Numbered from the stretch's first letter, positions 17,077-27,948 are shown. The stretch is DNA of 64,000 nt from Eubacteriaceae bacterium UBA6119 (GCA_002423395.1 DIVZ01000007.1:26110-90109); one strand, 5' to 3'. Program-made: numbers and translations. Notes: generated from the letters alone by a model not told the origin.

Positions 17077-18318
17077 TTGGCAGATATTAAAGGAAAATAT
17101 TTAAAAAGAATTCGCAGAAGAAACGCAATAAAAGTCGCGATTATTATAACTGTTTTTTTGGCAGGGGTGCTTATTTTATTTTTAAGCAGAGAAAAAACCA
17201 TGCTGCTGGAGAGCCGGAATTACATAATTTCTTCTGATGTAAAAGCTCTGTTTATTAAAAATGAAGCTGTAATGTATTTTGGTCATAATATTGTTGCGGT
17301 TGAGAATGAAGGAGCTAAAATATCAAAAAACACTATACTTGCAAAAGAACTTAATACGACAGCTTATTTTGAATATGAAAAGCAAATTATTCAGAATAAA
17401 CTAAACAATTTTATGTATGAAGACAAAACCAAGTTTTTCAGCGATATAAAAGATTCATTAGGTAAAAAAGACGGAGATTTGACGCTCGGAACAGTAAAGT
17501 ATCTGTTTTACAACGCTCAGCAACTAAATACACTTTACAGTAAATACAACAGTATGAAAAAGAGCAATGAGTTAAAACTTATATCAACTCCCATAAATTT
17601 TACCGGTCAGGTTTACTACAGCACGGACGGGTATGAAGACATTGCTCCTATGTCGTTATTAAGCATGCTAAGCCCCGATTATTTAGATTATGTTTTTGAC
17701 ATAAAGCAAAGCAAATTGACAGCAAGGAATTCGATGGTTGTAAAAATTATTGATAATTCCTGTGTTTTTGTAAGCTTTGAACTGCCGAGCTTGACGAGTA
17801 TTGATTTTGAGAATACCGCAAATAAATATAAAGAAAATATTATGACTCAAAATTCTTTGCAGTATAACGATTATTTTACATTCTTAAAAAAACGCATGGA
17901 TATATTGCAGCAATATCCGCAGATGTATTTTCAGATAGGAGAAAAGACATTTGCAGGGTATATAGTAGATATTAAACAATTTGAAAAAAGCAAGATGATT
18001 ACTCTTTGCGTAAGTAAAGATGTTGAAGATTTAATTAAGCTGAGAATAAGCGAAATAAAAGTACAAACTCAGCGCTATATAAAAGTTTTTAAAATCCCGA
18101 AAAACTGTGTTTATAAGAATAGCAGCGAAGAAGACTGTATTGATATTATAGACAGAGGCAAAATAAAAAAGACATATAAGGTAACAGTAAGAGGATACGA
18201 TGAGACCGGTTCTTATGCGCTGATAGATACAAAAGGTGTTCTGATAACATCTCAAGACAGCAATAATGCACAAAACAGCAGCGAAAATTTAGAGGACTGT
18301 TCATTGCTAATAAAATAA
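17077..18318 (+). CDS. hypothetical membrane-anchored protein (possibly HlyD-like barrel-sandwich fold; unverified)
   Basis: 413 aa with a TTG start 7 nt after GAGG and a single N-terminal TM helix (VAIIITVFLAGVLILFL). It sits directly upstream of yggS-sepF-ylmH. Confidence 0.55.
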   Translation: MADIKGKYLKRIRRRNAIKVAIIITVFLAGVLILFLSREKTMLLESRNYIISSDVKALFIKNEAVMYFGHNIVAVENEGAKISKNTILAKELNTTAYFEYEKQIIQNKLNNFMYEDKTKFFSDIKDSLGKKDGDLTLGTVKYLFYNAQQLNTLYSKYNSMKKSNELKLISTPINFTGQVYYSTDGYEDIAPMSLLSMLSPDYLDYVFDIKQSKLTARNSMVVKIIDNSCVFVSFELPSLTSIDFENTANKYKENIMTQNSLQYNDYFTFLKKRMDILQQYPQMYFQIGEKTFAGYIVDIKQFEKSKMITLCVSKDVEDLIKLRISEIKVQTQRYIKVFKIPKNCVYKNSSEEDCIDIIDRGKIKKTYKVTVRGYDETGSYALIDTKGVLITSQDSNNAQNSSENLEDCSLLIK

Positions 18319-18345
18319 CCTATCAAAAACAGGAGCATTAAATAG

Positions 18346-19011
18346 ATGATTAAAGATAATGTTGAAGTAATTTCAAAAAATATAGAACAAAGCAAAGCAA
18401 ATGATGCTGATGTACTGTTAGTTGCCGTAAGCAAATACAGAGATATAGAAAGCATTAAACAGGTATATGATGCGGGCATTAGAGATATGGCAGAGAACAG
18501 AGTGCAGGAATTTTTAGATAAATACGATAAACTGCCTAAAGACATTAACTGGCATATGATAGGTCATGTTCAGACTAATAAGGTAAAATATATAGTAGGC
18601 AAAGTCTGCCTTATACATTCTTTGGACAGTATTCATTTAGCAGAAGAAGTTGCAAAACAATCTAAGAAGAATGATATACAAAGCGATGTGCTGCTGCAGA
18701 TTAATATTGCAAACGAAGCGAGCAAATACGGGTTTGAAAAAGAAGAGATTTATGATGCAATTGCGCAGATAAGCAAAATGGATAATATCAATATAAAAGG
18801 GTTAATGTGCATTGCCCCGCTTGACGCTGCGGAAAATGAGCTTAATAATTATTTTTGTGATATGAAAAGTATTTATGAACAGAGCAAAATAATGTATAAT
18901 ACCAATAAAGCAGAAATGAAATACTTGTCTATGGGGATGAGCAACGATTATATGACCGCAGTAAAAAACGGCGCAAACGTTGTACGCATAGGCAGCGCAA
19001 TATTTGAATAG
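18346..19011 (+). CDS. yggS: YggS/YlmE-family pyridoxal-phosphate homeostasis protein
   Basis: 221 aa with LVAVSKY (PLP lysine), the WHMIGHVQTNKVKY motif and MGMSNDY near the C-terminus. Confidence 0.9.
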   Translation: MIKDNVEVISKNIEQSKANDADVLLVAVSKYRDIESIKQVYDAGIRDMAENRVQEFLDKYDKLPKDINWHMIGHVQTNKVKYIVGKVCLIHSLDSIHLAEEVAKQSKKNDIQSDVLLQINIANEASKYGFEKEEIYDAIAQISKMDNINIKGLMCIAPLDAAENELNNYFCDMKSIYEQSKIMYNTNKAEMKYLSMGMSNDYMTAVKNGANVVRIGSAIFE

Positions 19012-19020
19012 TCAGAAAGG

Positions 19021-19488
19021 ATGATTGTTATGAATGAAAAACTAAAAGAATTTTTAGGAATAGTTGAAAAGGAAGGCGCGGGTTATGACGATGAAGACGA
19101 ATTAGAATACGAATCTGATTTTGATAATAAATCAAGCAAGTCATACATATCAAAGAAAAGAGATTATTTTGAAGATGGCAAACAGTCAAGAGAATCAAAC
19201 AGAAAAAAGATAGTTCTTGCCGAACCTGAAGTTTTCAATGAAACTCCAAGTATATGCGACCAATTGAAAAATGGATATACTGTTGTAATTAACTTTGAAA
19301 AAATAAAATCAGATGAGATTAAAAAGACATTTTATTTTTTAAGCGGGGTAGTATACACATTAAACGGAAGCATTCAGAAAATTGCGAAGAATGTGTTTGT
19401 GCTTGCGCCCAATAACATTGATATTATAAGCGACAACGAAGACGATCTGTATTCAAAAGATATAATAAACTGGGAATTTGACGATTAA
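19021..19488 (+). CDS. sepF: cell division protein SepF
   Basis: 155 aa with an acidic linker and then the SepF core (VVINFEKIKSDEIKKTFYFLSGVVYTLNGSIQKIAKNVFVLAPNN). Conserved ylmE-sepF-ylmH order. Confidence 0.9.
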   Translation: MIVMNEKLKEFLGIVEKEGAGYDDEDELEYESDFDNKSSKSYISKKRDYFEDGKQSRESNRKKIVLAEPEVFNETPSICDQLKNGYTVVINFEKIKSDEIKKTFYFLSGVVYTLNGSIQKIAKNVFVLAPNNIDIISDNEDDLYSKDIINWEFDD

Positions 19489-19505
19489 GTACTACAAGAG
19501 GTTTA

Positions 19506-20249
19506 ATGAACAGCGATAAATTAATTACAGCCAAAGCCCACGACTGGGCAAGAGCGGCAATGAAAAATAATTCATGCAGTTTTTACGACTTTTTTGACCC
19601 TGCAAGAACCGAAAAAATAGCCGATATAATAAAGGAATATAAAGAAATTGGATGTTCCTTTTACGGCGGTTATGATTATGCGGAACGAAAAATGCTTTCG
19701 GTATATCCAAAAGAATATGAGCCGGGTGAAGATGAATACGCAATAAGTATATTGAAATTTAAAAAGAGCGCAGACATTTCGCATCGCGACGTGCTGGGTT
19801 CATTGATGGGGATTGGTATAAGCAGGGAAAAAACGGGCGACATAATTTTTGGCGATAGCGATGTTTCTATTATTTTAAAAGAAAACATAGCCGACTATGT
19901 GTTAATGAATTTGACCCGCATTGGCAGCGGCGAGGTTAGTTTAGAAAAAATTGACGCATATAAAATTGAAGCGAAAGAGCCGGAAGGAAAAGAGATTGAC
20001 GTTATTGTAGCGTCGATGAGAGCTGACGGTATTATAAGCGCGGCCTTTAAAATTTCGCGTTCATTATCGCTGCAGTATATAAAAGCGGAGCGCGTGAAAA
20101 TAAACCATGAATTGCTAACAAAGCAGGCAAAAGAGCTAAAGGAAGGCGACATGGTATCGGTAAGGGGTAAAGGAAGAATGGAAATAATAAAAGAGGCCGG
20201 CAAAACAAAAAAAGGCAACATTAAATTAACAGTTAAGAGATATGTATGA
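19506..20249 (+). CDS. ylmH: YlmH-type RNA-binding S4-domain protein
   Basis: 247 aa with a C-terminal S4-like segment (RADGIISAAFKISRSLSLQYIKAERVKINH). Position after sepF. Confidence 0.8.
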   Translation: MNSDKLITAKAHDWARAAMKNNSCSFYDFFDPARTEKIADIIKEYKEIGCSFYGGYDYAERKMLSVYPKEYEPGEDEYAISILKFKKSADISHRDVLGSLMGIGISREKTGDIIFGDSDVSIILKENIADYVLMNLTRIGSGEVSLEKIDAYKIEAKEPEGKEIDVIVASMRADGIISAAFKISRSLSLQYIKAERVKINHELLTKQAKELKEGDMVSVRGKGRMEIIKEAGKTKKGNIKLTVKRYV

Positions 20250-21166
20250 ATAATAATAACGAAATAATTTTTTTGGCTGAAGATATTGACGCAGGAAAAA
20301 GAATAGACGTGTATCTTGCAGAAAAATCAGACAAATACTCCCGAACGTATATAAAAAAAGCAATTGATGATAAGAGTGTTTTTATTGCAGGCAAAACAGT
20401 AAAAGCGTCTTACAAAGTAAATGCAGGCGACAGCGTAACATTAAGTATAAAAGAACCTTATGAACTGCAAACAGCCGCACAAGACATTGGGCTTGATATT
20501 GTTTATGAAGATGGTGATATAATACTTATAAACAAACCGCAGGGGATGGTGGTTCATCCTGCCGCCGGAAATTATGAAAATACTCTTGTAAACGCACTTT
20601 TATATCACTGCAAAGGAACGCTTTCGGGCATAGGGGGAGTAATCCGCCCCGGAATAATACACCGAATTGACAAAGATACTAGCGGGATAATAATCGCCGC
20701 TAAAAATGATGACGCGCATAATAACCTTGCTCAGCAGTTTAAAATTCACAGCATAAGCAGAGGCTACTATGCAATACTGCATGGAGTTATAGACGAGGAA
20801 AAAGTTTTAATAAAAGCGCCCATAGGCAGAGACAGCGCTGACCGAAAAAAAATGACGGTTACCGATAAGAACTCAAAATATGCAGAAACTATGATAACGG
20901 TAATAAAGCGTTACAAAGAATACACTTTGGTTGAAGCAGCGCTTAAAACAGGAAGGACGCATCAGATACGTGTGCATGCGCAGTATATAGCACATCCCGT
21001 TGCAGGCGACAAGGTGTACGGATATAAAAAGAAAAACCCCGAACTAACGGGGCAATTGCTTCATGCTTATAAACTGGGATTTATCCATCCGAAAACAGGA
21101 AAGTATATGGAATTTACAACGCCTGTTCCGCAAAGATTTAATGAATTCATGTCAAATATTGAATAA
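20246..21166 (+). CDS. rluD: RluA-family 23S rRNA pseudouridine synthase (RluD-like)
   Basis: 306 aa with an N-terminal S4 domain, the catalytic HRIDKDTSG motif and GRTHQIRVH. Confidence 0.9.
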   Translation: MNNNNEIIFLAEDIDAGKRIDVYLAEKSDKYSRTYIKKAIDDKSVFIAGKTVKASYKVNAGDSVTLSIKEPYELQTAAQDIGLDIVYEDGDIILINKPQGMVVHPAAGNYENTLVNALLYHCKGTLSGIGGVIRPGIIHRIDKDTSGIIIAAKNDDAHNNLAQQFKIHSISRGYYAILHGVIDEEKVLIKAPIGRDSADRKKMTVTDKNSKYAETMITVIKRYKEYTLVEAALKTGRTHQIRVHAQYIAHPVAGDKVYGYKKKNPELTGQLLHAYKLGFIHPKTGKYMEFTTPVPQRFNEFMSNIE

Positions 21167-21181
21167 AATATATCTCTATTG

Positions 21182-21427
21182 CTATTTTTGAATTGACAGT
21201 AGATCCTCGCATTTATCGGAAATATAGTTATAAGAGTCCATTACCCCTTGATTATAAAATTCCGCCGCGAGTTCTTCTGTTATAAAATCCAGAAACATGC
21301 TTGACGCCAAAAATCCAATTTCTTCATCTCTTTCTTTCAAAAAATAATTTTGTATTTTATCAAGCATTTGGGCCTTTATTTCTTTACTAAGTATAATATT
21401 ATTACTTTTCATATCAACCTCAAACAT
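21182..21427 (-). CDS. DUF2164 domain protein
   Basis: 81 aa. LSKEIKAQMLDKIQNYFLKERDEEIGFLASSMFLDFITEELAAEFYNQGV matches the DUF2164 pattern as I recall it. Confidence 0.7.
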   Translation of the reverse strand: MFEVDMKSNNIILSKEIKAQMLDKIQNYFLKERDEEIGFLASSMFLDFITEELAAEFYNQGVMDSYNYISDKCEDLLSIQK

Positions 21428-21460
21428 TTACCGATTAAATCAAATAAAAGATAATTATTG

Positions 21461-22108
21461 TTAATTGCAGAATTTTTTAATCTGGGCTTCTTCTCCCAGC
21501 ACCAATAATTTGCTTTTTTCTTTTATTATATCATCGGGAGACGGGGAAATGTGTATACCGTCTTTGCTTTTTATAAGAAGAATTGTTATTCCGTATTTTT
21601 TTCTTATATTAAGATGCGCAATGGTTTTGCCTTCCCACGACTGCGGGGCTATAATTTCAGCTATAGAATAATCGCTGTCAAGTTCTATTAAATCAAGCAA
21701 ATTGCTGTTGCAAAGTTCTCTGGCGACGCGCTGCCCCATATCAACCTCCGGGAAATAAACTTTGGTTATTCCTATTTTATAAAGTATTTTCGCATGCGGT
21801 TCGGAATATGCTTTGGCATAGATGGAAGGGATGCCCAGTTCTATTGCGTTAAGCGCAGTAAGCAGTGATGCGCTTATATTGCTTGCAAGAGCTATTATTA
21901 AGACATCTACATTGCGCACCCCCAAGGATTTTAAAGCGTTTATGTCTGTGCCGTCTGCCTGAACTGCGTACGTGACTTCCGAGGCAATTCCTTTTACAAG
22001 TTCTTCATCTGTATCTATTGCATATACATCATTGCCGGCTTTATAAAGTTCTTTTGCAAGGCTTATGCCGAATCTTCCAAGTCCTATTACAGCGAATTGT
22101 TTTTTCAT
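21461..22108 (-). CDS. ktrA: Ktr/Trk K+ uptake regulatory subunit (single RCK, KtrA-like)
   Basis: 215 aa with FAVIGLGRFGISLAKEL (GxGxxG) and a C-terminal RCK_C. Downstream of a TrkH/KtrB-family gene. Confidence 0.9.
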   Translation of the reverse strand: MKKQFAVIGLGRFGISLAKELYKAGNDVYAIDTDEELVKGIASEVTYAVQADGTDINALKSLGVRNVDVLIIALASNISASLLTALNAIELGIPSIYAKAYSEPHAKILYKIGITKVYFPEVDMGQRVARELCNSNLLDLIELDSDYSIAEIIAPQSWEGKTIAHLNIRKKYGITILLIKSKDGIHISPSPDDIIKEKSKLLVLGEEAQIKKFCN

Positions 22109-22118
22109 ATATGTTCTC

Positions 22119-23465
22119 CTAACCTAATAATATATCTCCTTCGGGATACTGATATTTTCCTTCCGAGTTAGATGTCTGCTTTGATATTGCCAGAGCTATT
22201 GTTAAAGGTCCTAACCTTCCTATATACATAGCGGTGATGATTACTATTTTACCCGCCGTGGACAGCAAAGGGGTGAAGTTCATCGTAAGCCCTACTGTGC
22301 CGAATGCGGAGAACACTTCAAAGACAATTTGTCTGAACGTACCACTCTCGGTAAGCGATAAAATAAATATGTCAAGCAATATCAATAATATTGTTAAAAT
22401 TGTTATTGTAATTGATTTTTTCAAAGTGTTATAGCCTATGCGTCTGTGGAAAACGTCTATATTTTCCTTGCCTTTAATCCATGAGTACACCGTGATAAGC
22501 AGAACGGATATTGTCGTAGTTTTAATACCGCCTGCTGTTGAACCCGGAGAGCCTCCTATAAACATTAAGAAGATTATGACAAGCGTTGAAATGCTTGTAA
22601 GGGAAGGCATATTAACAGAGTTGAATCCTGCGGTACGCGGCGTAATGGAGTTGAAAAAAGATTCAACTATTTTATCGCGCATGCTTAATGAGCCTAAAGT
22701 ATCGGGGTTATTGTATTCGAAAATAAATATTGCTGCCGCGCCGAAAATTATTAATACAAACGTAGTTGATAAAACAAGTTTTGTATGGAATGTGAGCGAC
22801 TTGAAATTTTTGCCGCAAGTAAATACATCTTCCATTACAAAAAAGCCCAGACCGCCTATTAATACAAGCGCAGATGTAACTGTTAATATATATGGATGAG
22901 CAGCATATTCGGTTAAACTTTTGAAATTACCCAATACATCAAAACCGGAATTGCAGAAAGCCGCTATTGAATGGAAAATGCTTACGCCTATGCCTTTTGC
23001 AGCTCCGTAACGCGGTATGAAAGTTGTCATACATAAGAGAGCCCCGATAAGCTCGGTTGCAAATGTAAAAATAAGCACATGTTTTGCTATTCTGACAATA
23101 CCGCCTGCATGGGATATGTTATACGAATCTTTCAGTACTATTCTGTTCTGCATTGATATTTTTCTTCTTGCTATAAGCAGTACAAATGTTGCAAAACTCA
23201 TAAAGCCGATACCGCCTATTTGAACAAGGCATATTATAACTATCTGTCCGAAAGCTGACCAATGCGTTCCCGTGTCCAATACAACAAGACCGGTTACGCA
23301 AACCGCTGAGGTGGAAGTGAATAAACAATCCAAAAACGGCGTATATGTATGAGTTTCAGACGAAATAGGAAAACAAAGCAATACAGCGCCTGTAACTATT
23401 ATTATTAAAAATCCAAGCGCTAAAAGTTTTGATGTAGATAAGCTTTTTTTATCCGGTTTTTTCAT
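22119..23465 (-). CDS. ktrB: TrkH/KtrB-family K+ transporter membrane subunit
   Basis: 448 aa, polytopic, with repeated pore-loop glycine motifs (TGLVV, SGFDV, NSVNM, GGSPGSTAGGIKT). Confidence 0.9.
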   Translation of the reverse strand: MKKPDKKSLSTSKLLALGFLIIIVTGAVLLCFPISSETHTYTPFLDCLFTSTSAVCVTGLVVLDTGTHWSAFGQIVIICLVQIGGIGFMSFATFVLLIARRKISMQNRIVLKDSYNISHAGGIVRIAKHVLIFTFATELIGALLCMTTFIPRYGAAKGIGVSIFHSIAAFCNSGFDVLGNFKSLTEYAAHPYILTVTSALVLIGGLGFFVMEDVFTCGKNFKSLTFHTKLVLSTTFVLIIFGAAAIFIFEYNNPDTLGSLSMRDKIVESFFNSITPRTAGFNSVNMPSLTSISTLVIIFLMFIGGSPGSTAGGIKTTTISVLLITVYSWIKGKENIDVFHRRIGYNTLKKSITITILTILLILLDIFILSLTESGTFRQIVFEVFSAFGTVGLTMNFTPLLSTAGKIVIITAMYIGRLGPLTIALAISKQTSNSEGKYQYPEGDILLG

Positions 23466-23537
23466 ATTTTCACCTTAATTTTTGTTCAAGACATATTAAA
23501 CCTTTATTTTAAAAAAGTCAATTAAATTAAGGAGTTA

Positions 23538-25238
23538 TTAAGTTGTTTTTAATGATTTTATCATGCTTTCATCAGGGGTTACATAGAGAGTTGTGTAATT
23601 AGTATACGTTACTTTGCCTATTGGCGCGTTTCTTATTTTTCTTACATAGGATACGGTTGTATAATCTATCGGTACATTCTGAGAATTTCTGGCTTTTGAG
23701 AAAAAAGCGCTTAGCTGGGCTGCCTGAAGTATAGTGTTTTTAGGCACTTGTTTTGAATTTGTTTTAATTATTACGTGAGAGCCTGCTATTATTTTTGTGT
23801 GCAGCCATATATCCTGTTTTTTGGCGAATTTATGAGTAAGGTATTCGTTCTGTTTGTCGTTTTTGCCTACATATATGTCAAACCCGTCCGAGGAGATGAA
23901 ATGATGCGGCGTTGATACCTGCTGCGTTTTTTTATTCTGTAAATTTTTTATATATCCCTGCTCTGTTAAAAGCAGTGCGATTTCATCTGTGTCCTGAACA
24001 GTTTTGCATTCGCCTATATAATATAGCTGGTCATTAAGAAAATTTATCTCATCTGTTGCTATATTTATTTGATTTGATATATGCTCCTCGGCGCTTTTAA
24101 GCTTTTTATATTTTTTAAAATACTTTTCAGCATTTTCGTAAGCGGTTAAGTTAATATCAAGCGGAATTTTTATTGTATTGCTGTTTTCGCTAAAAATATC
24201 AACCGCATCGTATGAAGAAGCTCCTGCTTTAACAGCATAGCCGTATGTTAATAAAAGCTGACCGTAAAGATTATATTTTTCTTTATCGGCACATTGGGTG
24301 AGCTCTTTTGATAATTTGTTTAGTTTGTCGTTTGCTCGCTTTATTAACGGACTTAATATTGATTTTAAATATAATATTTTATCGTTTAGTTTATTGTTTT
24401 CAATCAGGAAGTCATAATACTCGGCGCATAGGTCTATTAGACATGAATATTTATGTTTTTTTATTGAGGCATCAGTTATATATATATCCGCGAAGTATAA
24501 ATCTTTGTATATACCGTCTTTTTCAAAAATATAATACTCATCCGGAGTGTTCATAGAATTTACTATGCTTTCATATAAGTCGGCTTCATTAATGTTATTA
24601 TCCGAAAGTAAATATTGGGCGTACGCATTACTTGCGCCGTCAATAATTCTTACAATATTTTTATCGGCGGGTAAATCTGATGAATTTAACGCGTTTACAA
24701 ACTGGCTTTTGCGCATTGTGTAAGGATTAAGCTTATCGCTGGGCGGCAGCAAATATTCGAGTTTGGGCAGAATATGACGCACGGAGCTTTTTGACTCGTC
24801 TATTTTTTTCAGGCAGTCAATAATAATAAAATTCTCATCGGCAATAATTACATTGGAATTTCTGCCTGTGAGTTCGATTATAAGATGTCTTGTTCTTAAA
24901 TCGCCTATTTCGTCAGGCTGTTCAACTTCAATTGTGACAATTCTGTCATGCAGGCTCTGCGTTACCGCTTTTATTTTGCCCCCGAGCAGATGCTTTCTTA
25001 AAAGCATGCAGAATGCCGGCGGAGTGAAAGGATTATTATCCGATAAGTTTGTCAGCGATAAATGCGGGAAACTGCTGTTTGCGCATACTCTAAGACGTAT
25101 GTTTCCTTTAACAGGAGCATATATTTCGAATAAAATATCATTTGCGGATGTTTGATATATTTTATTTATTTTCGCGTTTTTTAATAATTCATTTAATTCA
25201 CAGCACAGATAGCCTGTCATAAAACCGTCGAAAGGCAT
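23538..25238 (-). CDS. rqcH: RqcH (NFACT / fibronectin-binding protein A family) ribosome quality-control factor
   Basis: The N-terminus MPFDGFMTGYL is typical of FbpA/RqcH, and a C-terminal NFACT-R-like region is present (DIWLHTKIIAGSHVII). I place the start at ATG 25238, 6 nt after GAGGTG. The track start is a GTG inside that RBS. Confidence 0.85.
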   Translation of the reverse strand: MPFDGFMTGYLCCELNELLKNAKINKIYQTSANDILFEIYAPVKGNIRLRVCANSSFPHLSLTNLSDNNPFTPPAFCMLLRKHLLGGKIKAVTQSLHDRIVTIEVEQPDEIGDLRTRHLIIELTGRNSNVIIADENFIIIDCLKKIDESKSSVRHILPKLEYLLPPSDKLNPYTMRKSQFVNALNSSDLPADKNIVRIIDGASNAYAQYLLSDNNINEADLYESIVNSMNTPDEYYIFEKDGIYKDLYFADIYITDASIKKHKYSCLIDLCAEYYDFLIENNKLNDKILYLKSILSPLIKRANDKLNKLSKELTQCADKEKYNLYGQLLLTYGYAVKAGASSYDAVDIFSENSNTIKIPLDINLTAYENAEKYFKKYKKLKSAEEHISNQINIATDEINFLNDQLYYIGECKTVQDTDEIALLLTEQGYIKNLQNKKTQQVSTPHHFISSDGFDIYVGKNDKQNEYLTHKFAKKQDIWLHTKIIAGSHVIIKTNSKQVPKNTILQAAQLSAFFSKARNSQNVPIDYTTVSYVRKIRNAPIGKVTYTNYTTLYVTPDESMIKSLKTT

Positions 25239-25298
25239 TGAAATCACCTCTTGAATATTCTATCATATAAATAAAATAAAATCATTTTTATTAAATGT

Positions 25299-25327
25299 TT
25301 TATTCGCGCGAACTTATATGGTATAAT
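25299..25327 (+). promoter_or_regulatory. extended -10 promoter for dapF
   Basis: TGgTATAAT (25319-25327) with a weak -35 TTTATT 17 nt upstream. Confidence 0.4.
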
Positions 25328-25358
25328 ATAATGAAAATCAATTTACTTAGGAACAAAT

Positions 25359-26195
25359 ATGAATTTTTGCAAAATGCACGGGTTAAAAAACGATTTTATC
25401 GTAATAGATAACCTTGATAATAACATTAAACTTTCTTATAATCAAATATCTTTTTTATGCGACCGTAAAGCCGCAATAGGCGGTGACGGACTTATTTTAA
25501 TATGTAAATCCAATACTGCGGATATAAAGATGGATTACTATAACAGCGACGGAAGCGTTGCGCAAGTATGCGGCAATGGGCTTAGATGCGCGGCAAAATA
25601 TGCATATGATAATAATATTATAAAAGATAATAAACTTACGATACAATCATCTGCAAAAATATATAACTGCGAAATAACAAAGACAGATGAAAACAATAAA
25701 GCTTATTTGATAAGCGTAAATATGGGCAAAGCTGAATTTGATAAAAATAAAATACCGGTTAACACAGAAAACTTTTCAACTTTAGATATTCGTCTTAATA
25801 TAGACGGTGTTGAAATAACGTTATCGGCGGCGGCGATGCCTAATCCGCACGCGGTTATTATAGTTGATGATTTTGATTTGGAATATATTGAAAAAATAGG
25901 CTCAGCGCTTCAGGACAATAGAATGTTTCCGCAGAAAGTAAACGTAAATTTTGCTAAAATTAATTCAGATGATTATGTCGAGATGATAACTTACGAAAGA
26001 GGCGTGGGCGTCACACAGGCTTGCGGCAGCGGCGCTTGCGCCACGGCGGCGGTTTTAAATAAAAAAGGTTTATGTAAAAATAAAATAAACATTAAAATGC
26101 CAGGCGGAGAGATGATAATAAAAATATTAACAGATAATGATATTATTATGATGGGGCAGGCGGCTGCGGTTTTTAGCGGCCAGATAAACATATAA
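25359..26195 (+). CDS. dapF: diaminopimelate epimerase
   Basis: 278 aa with KMHGLKNDFIVID and the two catalytic Cys motifs CGNGLRC and CGSGACA. Confidence 0.95.
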   Translation: MNFCKMHGLKNDFIVIDNLDNNIKLSYNQISFLCDRKAAIGGDGLILICKSNTADIKMDYYNSDGSVAQVCGNGLRCAAKYAYDNNIIKDNKLTIQSSAKIYNCEITKTDENNKAYLISVNMGKAEFDKNKIPVNTENFSTLDIRLNIDGVEITLSAAAMPNPHAVIIVDDFDLEYIEKIGSALQDNRMFPQKVNVNFAKINSDDYVEMITYERGVGVTQACGSGACATAAVLNKKGLCKNKINIKMPGGEMIIKILTDNDIIMMGQAAAVFSGQINI

Positions 26196-26211
26196 GGCAG
26201 GAGCGGAAATT

Positions 26212-27087
26212 ATGAATAGCATGACAGGGTTCGGCAGAGGGGAATATTCAAACGATAAGTTTTCCATAATTGCCGAGATTAAAACGGTTAATCACAGATA
26301 CAGGGATTTTTTTATAAAAATACCTAAACAATTTAACAGCTTTGAAGATAAACTCAGGACAACTATATCACAGAGAATTTCAAGAGGAAGAATTGAAGTA
26401 TACATCGGCATCAAATTCTTATGCGACAGACCTGTAAATATATATATGGACTCTTCGCTCGCGAAGCAGTATTATAATATTTTAAAACAAATATCGGTTA
26501 TGTTTGATGATATTGAAAATGATATTAAAGTAAGCACCATTGCTAAATTTTCGGATATTATTAAAAGCGATGAAGACAGCGAAAAATATTTGGAATTGTG
26601 GCAGTATGTGCAAACAGCGGTAATCTGCGCGCTTGATATGTTGTGCGCCGCAAGGCGGGTTGAGGGAGAGCAGTTAAAAAAAGACATTTTAAGCAAGAAT
26701 GAAAACATTAAATTGTTGCTGTGCAAAGTTGAAGAAGAATCCGGCAGCATACCGGCAAACTGCGAGACAAAAATAAAAGAAGCGTTAAACAGATTTAACA
26801 TAAAAGAAATTGACACAAACAGGCTTGCTGCAGAAATTGCATTTCTTGCAGACAGGGCAGCTATTGACGAAGAAATTACAAGGCTTAAAAGCCATTTAAA
26901 AGCGCTTGAAAAAACGATAAATGATGATGTGGATATAGGCAGAAAACTTGATTTTATATTGCAGGAAATGAACAGGGAAGCAAACACCATAGCGTCAAAA
27001 TCCAACAGCGCAAGCATAAGCATGACGGTTGTTGAAATAAAAAGCGATATTGAGAAAATAAGAGAACAAGTGCAGAACATAGAATAG
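26212..27087 (+). CDS. yicC: YicC-family stress-induced protein
   Basis: 291 aa with N-terminal MTGFGRGE and C-terminal [14 protein letters not shown], both YicC hallmarks. Confidence 0.9.
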   Translation: MNSMTGFGRGEYSNDKFSIIAEIKTVNHRYRDFFIKIPKQFNSFEDKLRTTISQRISRGRIEVYIGIKFLCDRPVNIYMDSSLAKQYYNILKQISVMFDDIENDIKVSTIAKFSDIIKSDEDSEKYLELWQYVQTAVICALDMLCAARRVEGEQLKKDILSKNENIKLLLCKVEEESGSIPANCETKIKEALNRFNIKEIDTNRLAAEIAFLADRAAIDEEITRLKSHLKALEKTINDDVDIGRKLDFILQEMNREANTIASKSNSASISMTVVEIKSDIEKIREQVQNIE

Positions 27088-27095
27088 GTAAAAAT

Positions 27096-27344
27096 ATGAC
27101 TTTTTTAAACATCGGATTCGGCAATCTTTCAAACTATGAAAAAGTAATAGCGATAATATCCCCTGAATCAGCGCCCGTAAGACGTATAATAAGCGAAGCG
27201 AAAAAAAACGGCAATTTAATTGACGCAACGCAAGGACGAAAAACGCGCGCAGTGATAATTATGGAAAATCATGATATAATACTTTCCGCAGTTATGCCCG
27301 AGACAATAATTGCAAGAAACGTCAAAGGTGATAAAAATGAGTAA
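27096..27344 (+). CDS. remA: RemA/YlzA (DUF370) regulator
   Basis: 82 aa. NIGFGN...[16 protein letters not shown]...[17 protein letters not shown] is the DUF370 signature. Sits between yicC and gmk as in other Firmicutes. Confidence 0.9.
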   Translation: MTFLNIGFGNLSNYEKVIAIISPESAPVRRIISEAKKNGNLIDATQGRKTRAVIIMENHDIILSAVMPETIIARNVKGDKNE

Positions 27345-27948
27345 AGGAAAGCTTTTAGTTGTGTCAGGTCCCAGCGGAGCAGGCAAAAGCACCATTTGCA
27401 AAAAAGCTGTAAAGTACAAAAATAATTATCTTTCCGTATCGGCTACTACTCGCAAGCCCAGAGACAGTGAAGGGTGCAATGATTATATTTTCTTAAGCGA
27501 AGAGGAATTTAATGATAAAATAAGAAATAACGAATTTTTGGAATATGCCTGCGTGCACGGCAATTATTACGGAACGCTTAAAAAACCTGTTTTTGAAAAC
27601 CTTGAAAAAGGCAATAACGTAATACTGGAAATTGATGTTCAGGGAAGCATGCAGATAAAAAAAATATACCCCGACTGCGAAATGATTTTTGTTCTGCCGC
27701 CGTCGCTTGATGTGCTGATATCCAGGCTTAAAGGAAGAAAATCGGAAACGGAAGATCAATTTCAACTGCGCCTTAAAAACTCGGTAAAAGAGATTAAAAC
27801 AGCGCATGAATATGACTATCTTGTTATAAACGATAATATTGATTATGCGGTAGAAGAAATTAACGAGATAATAAAATTGCTTGATAAAAAAATAAAATAC
27901 AATATGAATTTTATAGATAAGTTTATTTTAGAGGAGGAATCTTTATGA
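27337..27948 (+). CDS. gmk: guanylate kinase
   Basis: [19 protein letters not shown] contains the P-loop. I place the start at ATG 27337, which overlaps the remA 3' end. The track ORF starts 27 nt earlier. Confidence 0.93.
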   Translation: MSKGKLLVVSGPSGAGKSTICKKAVKYKNNYLSVSATTRKPRDSEGCNDYIFLSEEEFNDKIRNNEFLEYACVHGNYYGTLKKPVFENLEKGNNVILEIDVQGSMQIKKIYPDCEMIFVLPPSLDVLISRLKGRKSETEDQFQLRLKNSVKEIKTAHEYDYLVINDNIDYAVEEINEIIKLLDKKIKYNMNFIDKFILEEESL

